From: Octopus sinensis
Taxonomy: Eukaryota
Length of the DNA stretch: 64,000 nt
Direction: 5' to 3'
NCBI RefSeq assembly: GCF_006345805.1
Contig: NC_043024.1
Location: 19,530,001 to 19,594,000 of the forward strand
Shown one piece after another: positions 63,536-64,000 of the stretch (positions are counted from its first letter, which is position 1; every line of letters begins with the position of its first letter). The notes beneath the pieces are model-generated. The model ran no database searches and was not told where the DNA came from. It saw nothing but the letters and a program-made list of their open reading frames with translations. A program made the position numbers and the translations under genes.

Positions 63536-64000
63536 TAGATGTTCTACTTTTCTGTATCATTTTAGTGCACAGACTTGTACAATTCCAAACTTGGTAAACT
63601 CAAAGACATGTCTGTATCCATATTCTTCTTAGTTACGGTGAGGATTCTTTAAGAAAAGAAAACCTAGTTTTATATTCGTTTTATATAATTTCCGTTCTTT
63701 AGAATGAGGAATTGTTGAAAACGCCAACCTCTGTGTTATTGCTTCTATTTTTAACTTATTTCATGTTCTTCAAAATATCAAATCACTGTTTCTCACTCAA
63801 TATGTTTGGCACCAAATAAAACCATCACATTTTAAATGAATTTTCATTTAAAACGATTTTATGTAACAATTTTATTAAGACTTCTTAAAATAGACTTTTT
63901 TAATAGCAAATTTTAGATTCTTGCAATTAAATTTAAATACTAACCTTATGCACCGATGTAGTGCAAACATAGCTGTGTGGTTAAGAACTTTGCTTTGCAA

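Noticed and set aside
63566-63637. Plus-strand 72-nt open exon CTDLYNSKLGKLKDMSVSIFFLVT|gtgagg
   Set aside because: Splice sites are plausible, but there is no partner exon or homology; not distinguishable from chance.

Overview
AT-rich, repeat-saturated eukaryotic non-coding DNA. An octopus or other coleoid cephalopod source is inferred from the SINE and microsatellite make-up and is not proven. There is one 100-N scaffold gap (39253-39352). No complete, recognisable protein-coding gene is present. Nearly all ORFs in the track are microsatellite read-throughs; the few with recognisable motifs are decayed retrotransposon or transposase pieces. Identified components: three tRNA-headed SINE families (called A, B, C here); many 5'-truncated 3' ends of an RTE-type LINE with a (GAT)n tail, tied to its ORF end at 14.6-14.8 kb; other RTE remnants (BovB-like, Rex3/Expander-like); three R4/Dong-like RLE retrotransposon fragments; an unclassified ~540-bp element found only inside (TAA)n tracts; mariner, hAT-Charlie and piggyBac MITEs; two non-autonomous Helitrons, one with five tandem 5' ends; and Penelope-like ends carrying hammerhead-ribozyme folds. 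The most interesting signals are: (1) repeated local inverted duplications that copy unique TE junctions; (2) SINE-C dimers and a trimer each flanked by a single TSD pair; (3) a hammerhead core variant (CUGUNGA) shared by two Penelope-like copies; (4) same-strand stacking of Dong-like and orphan elements in TAA repeats; (5) weak minus-strand exon candidates, the best at 60084. Family names come from recalled motifs, not database searches, and most element boundaries are approximate.
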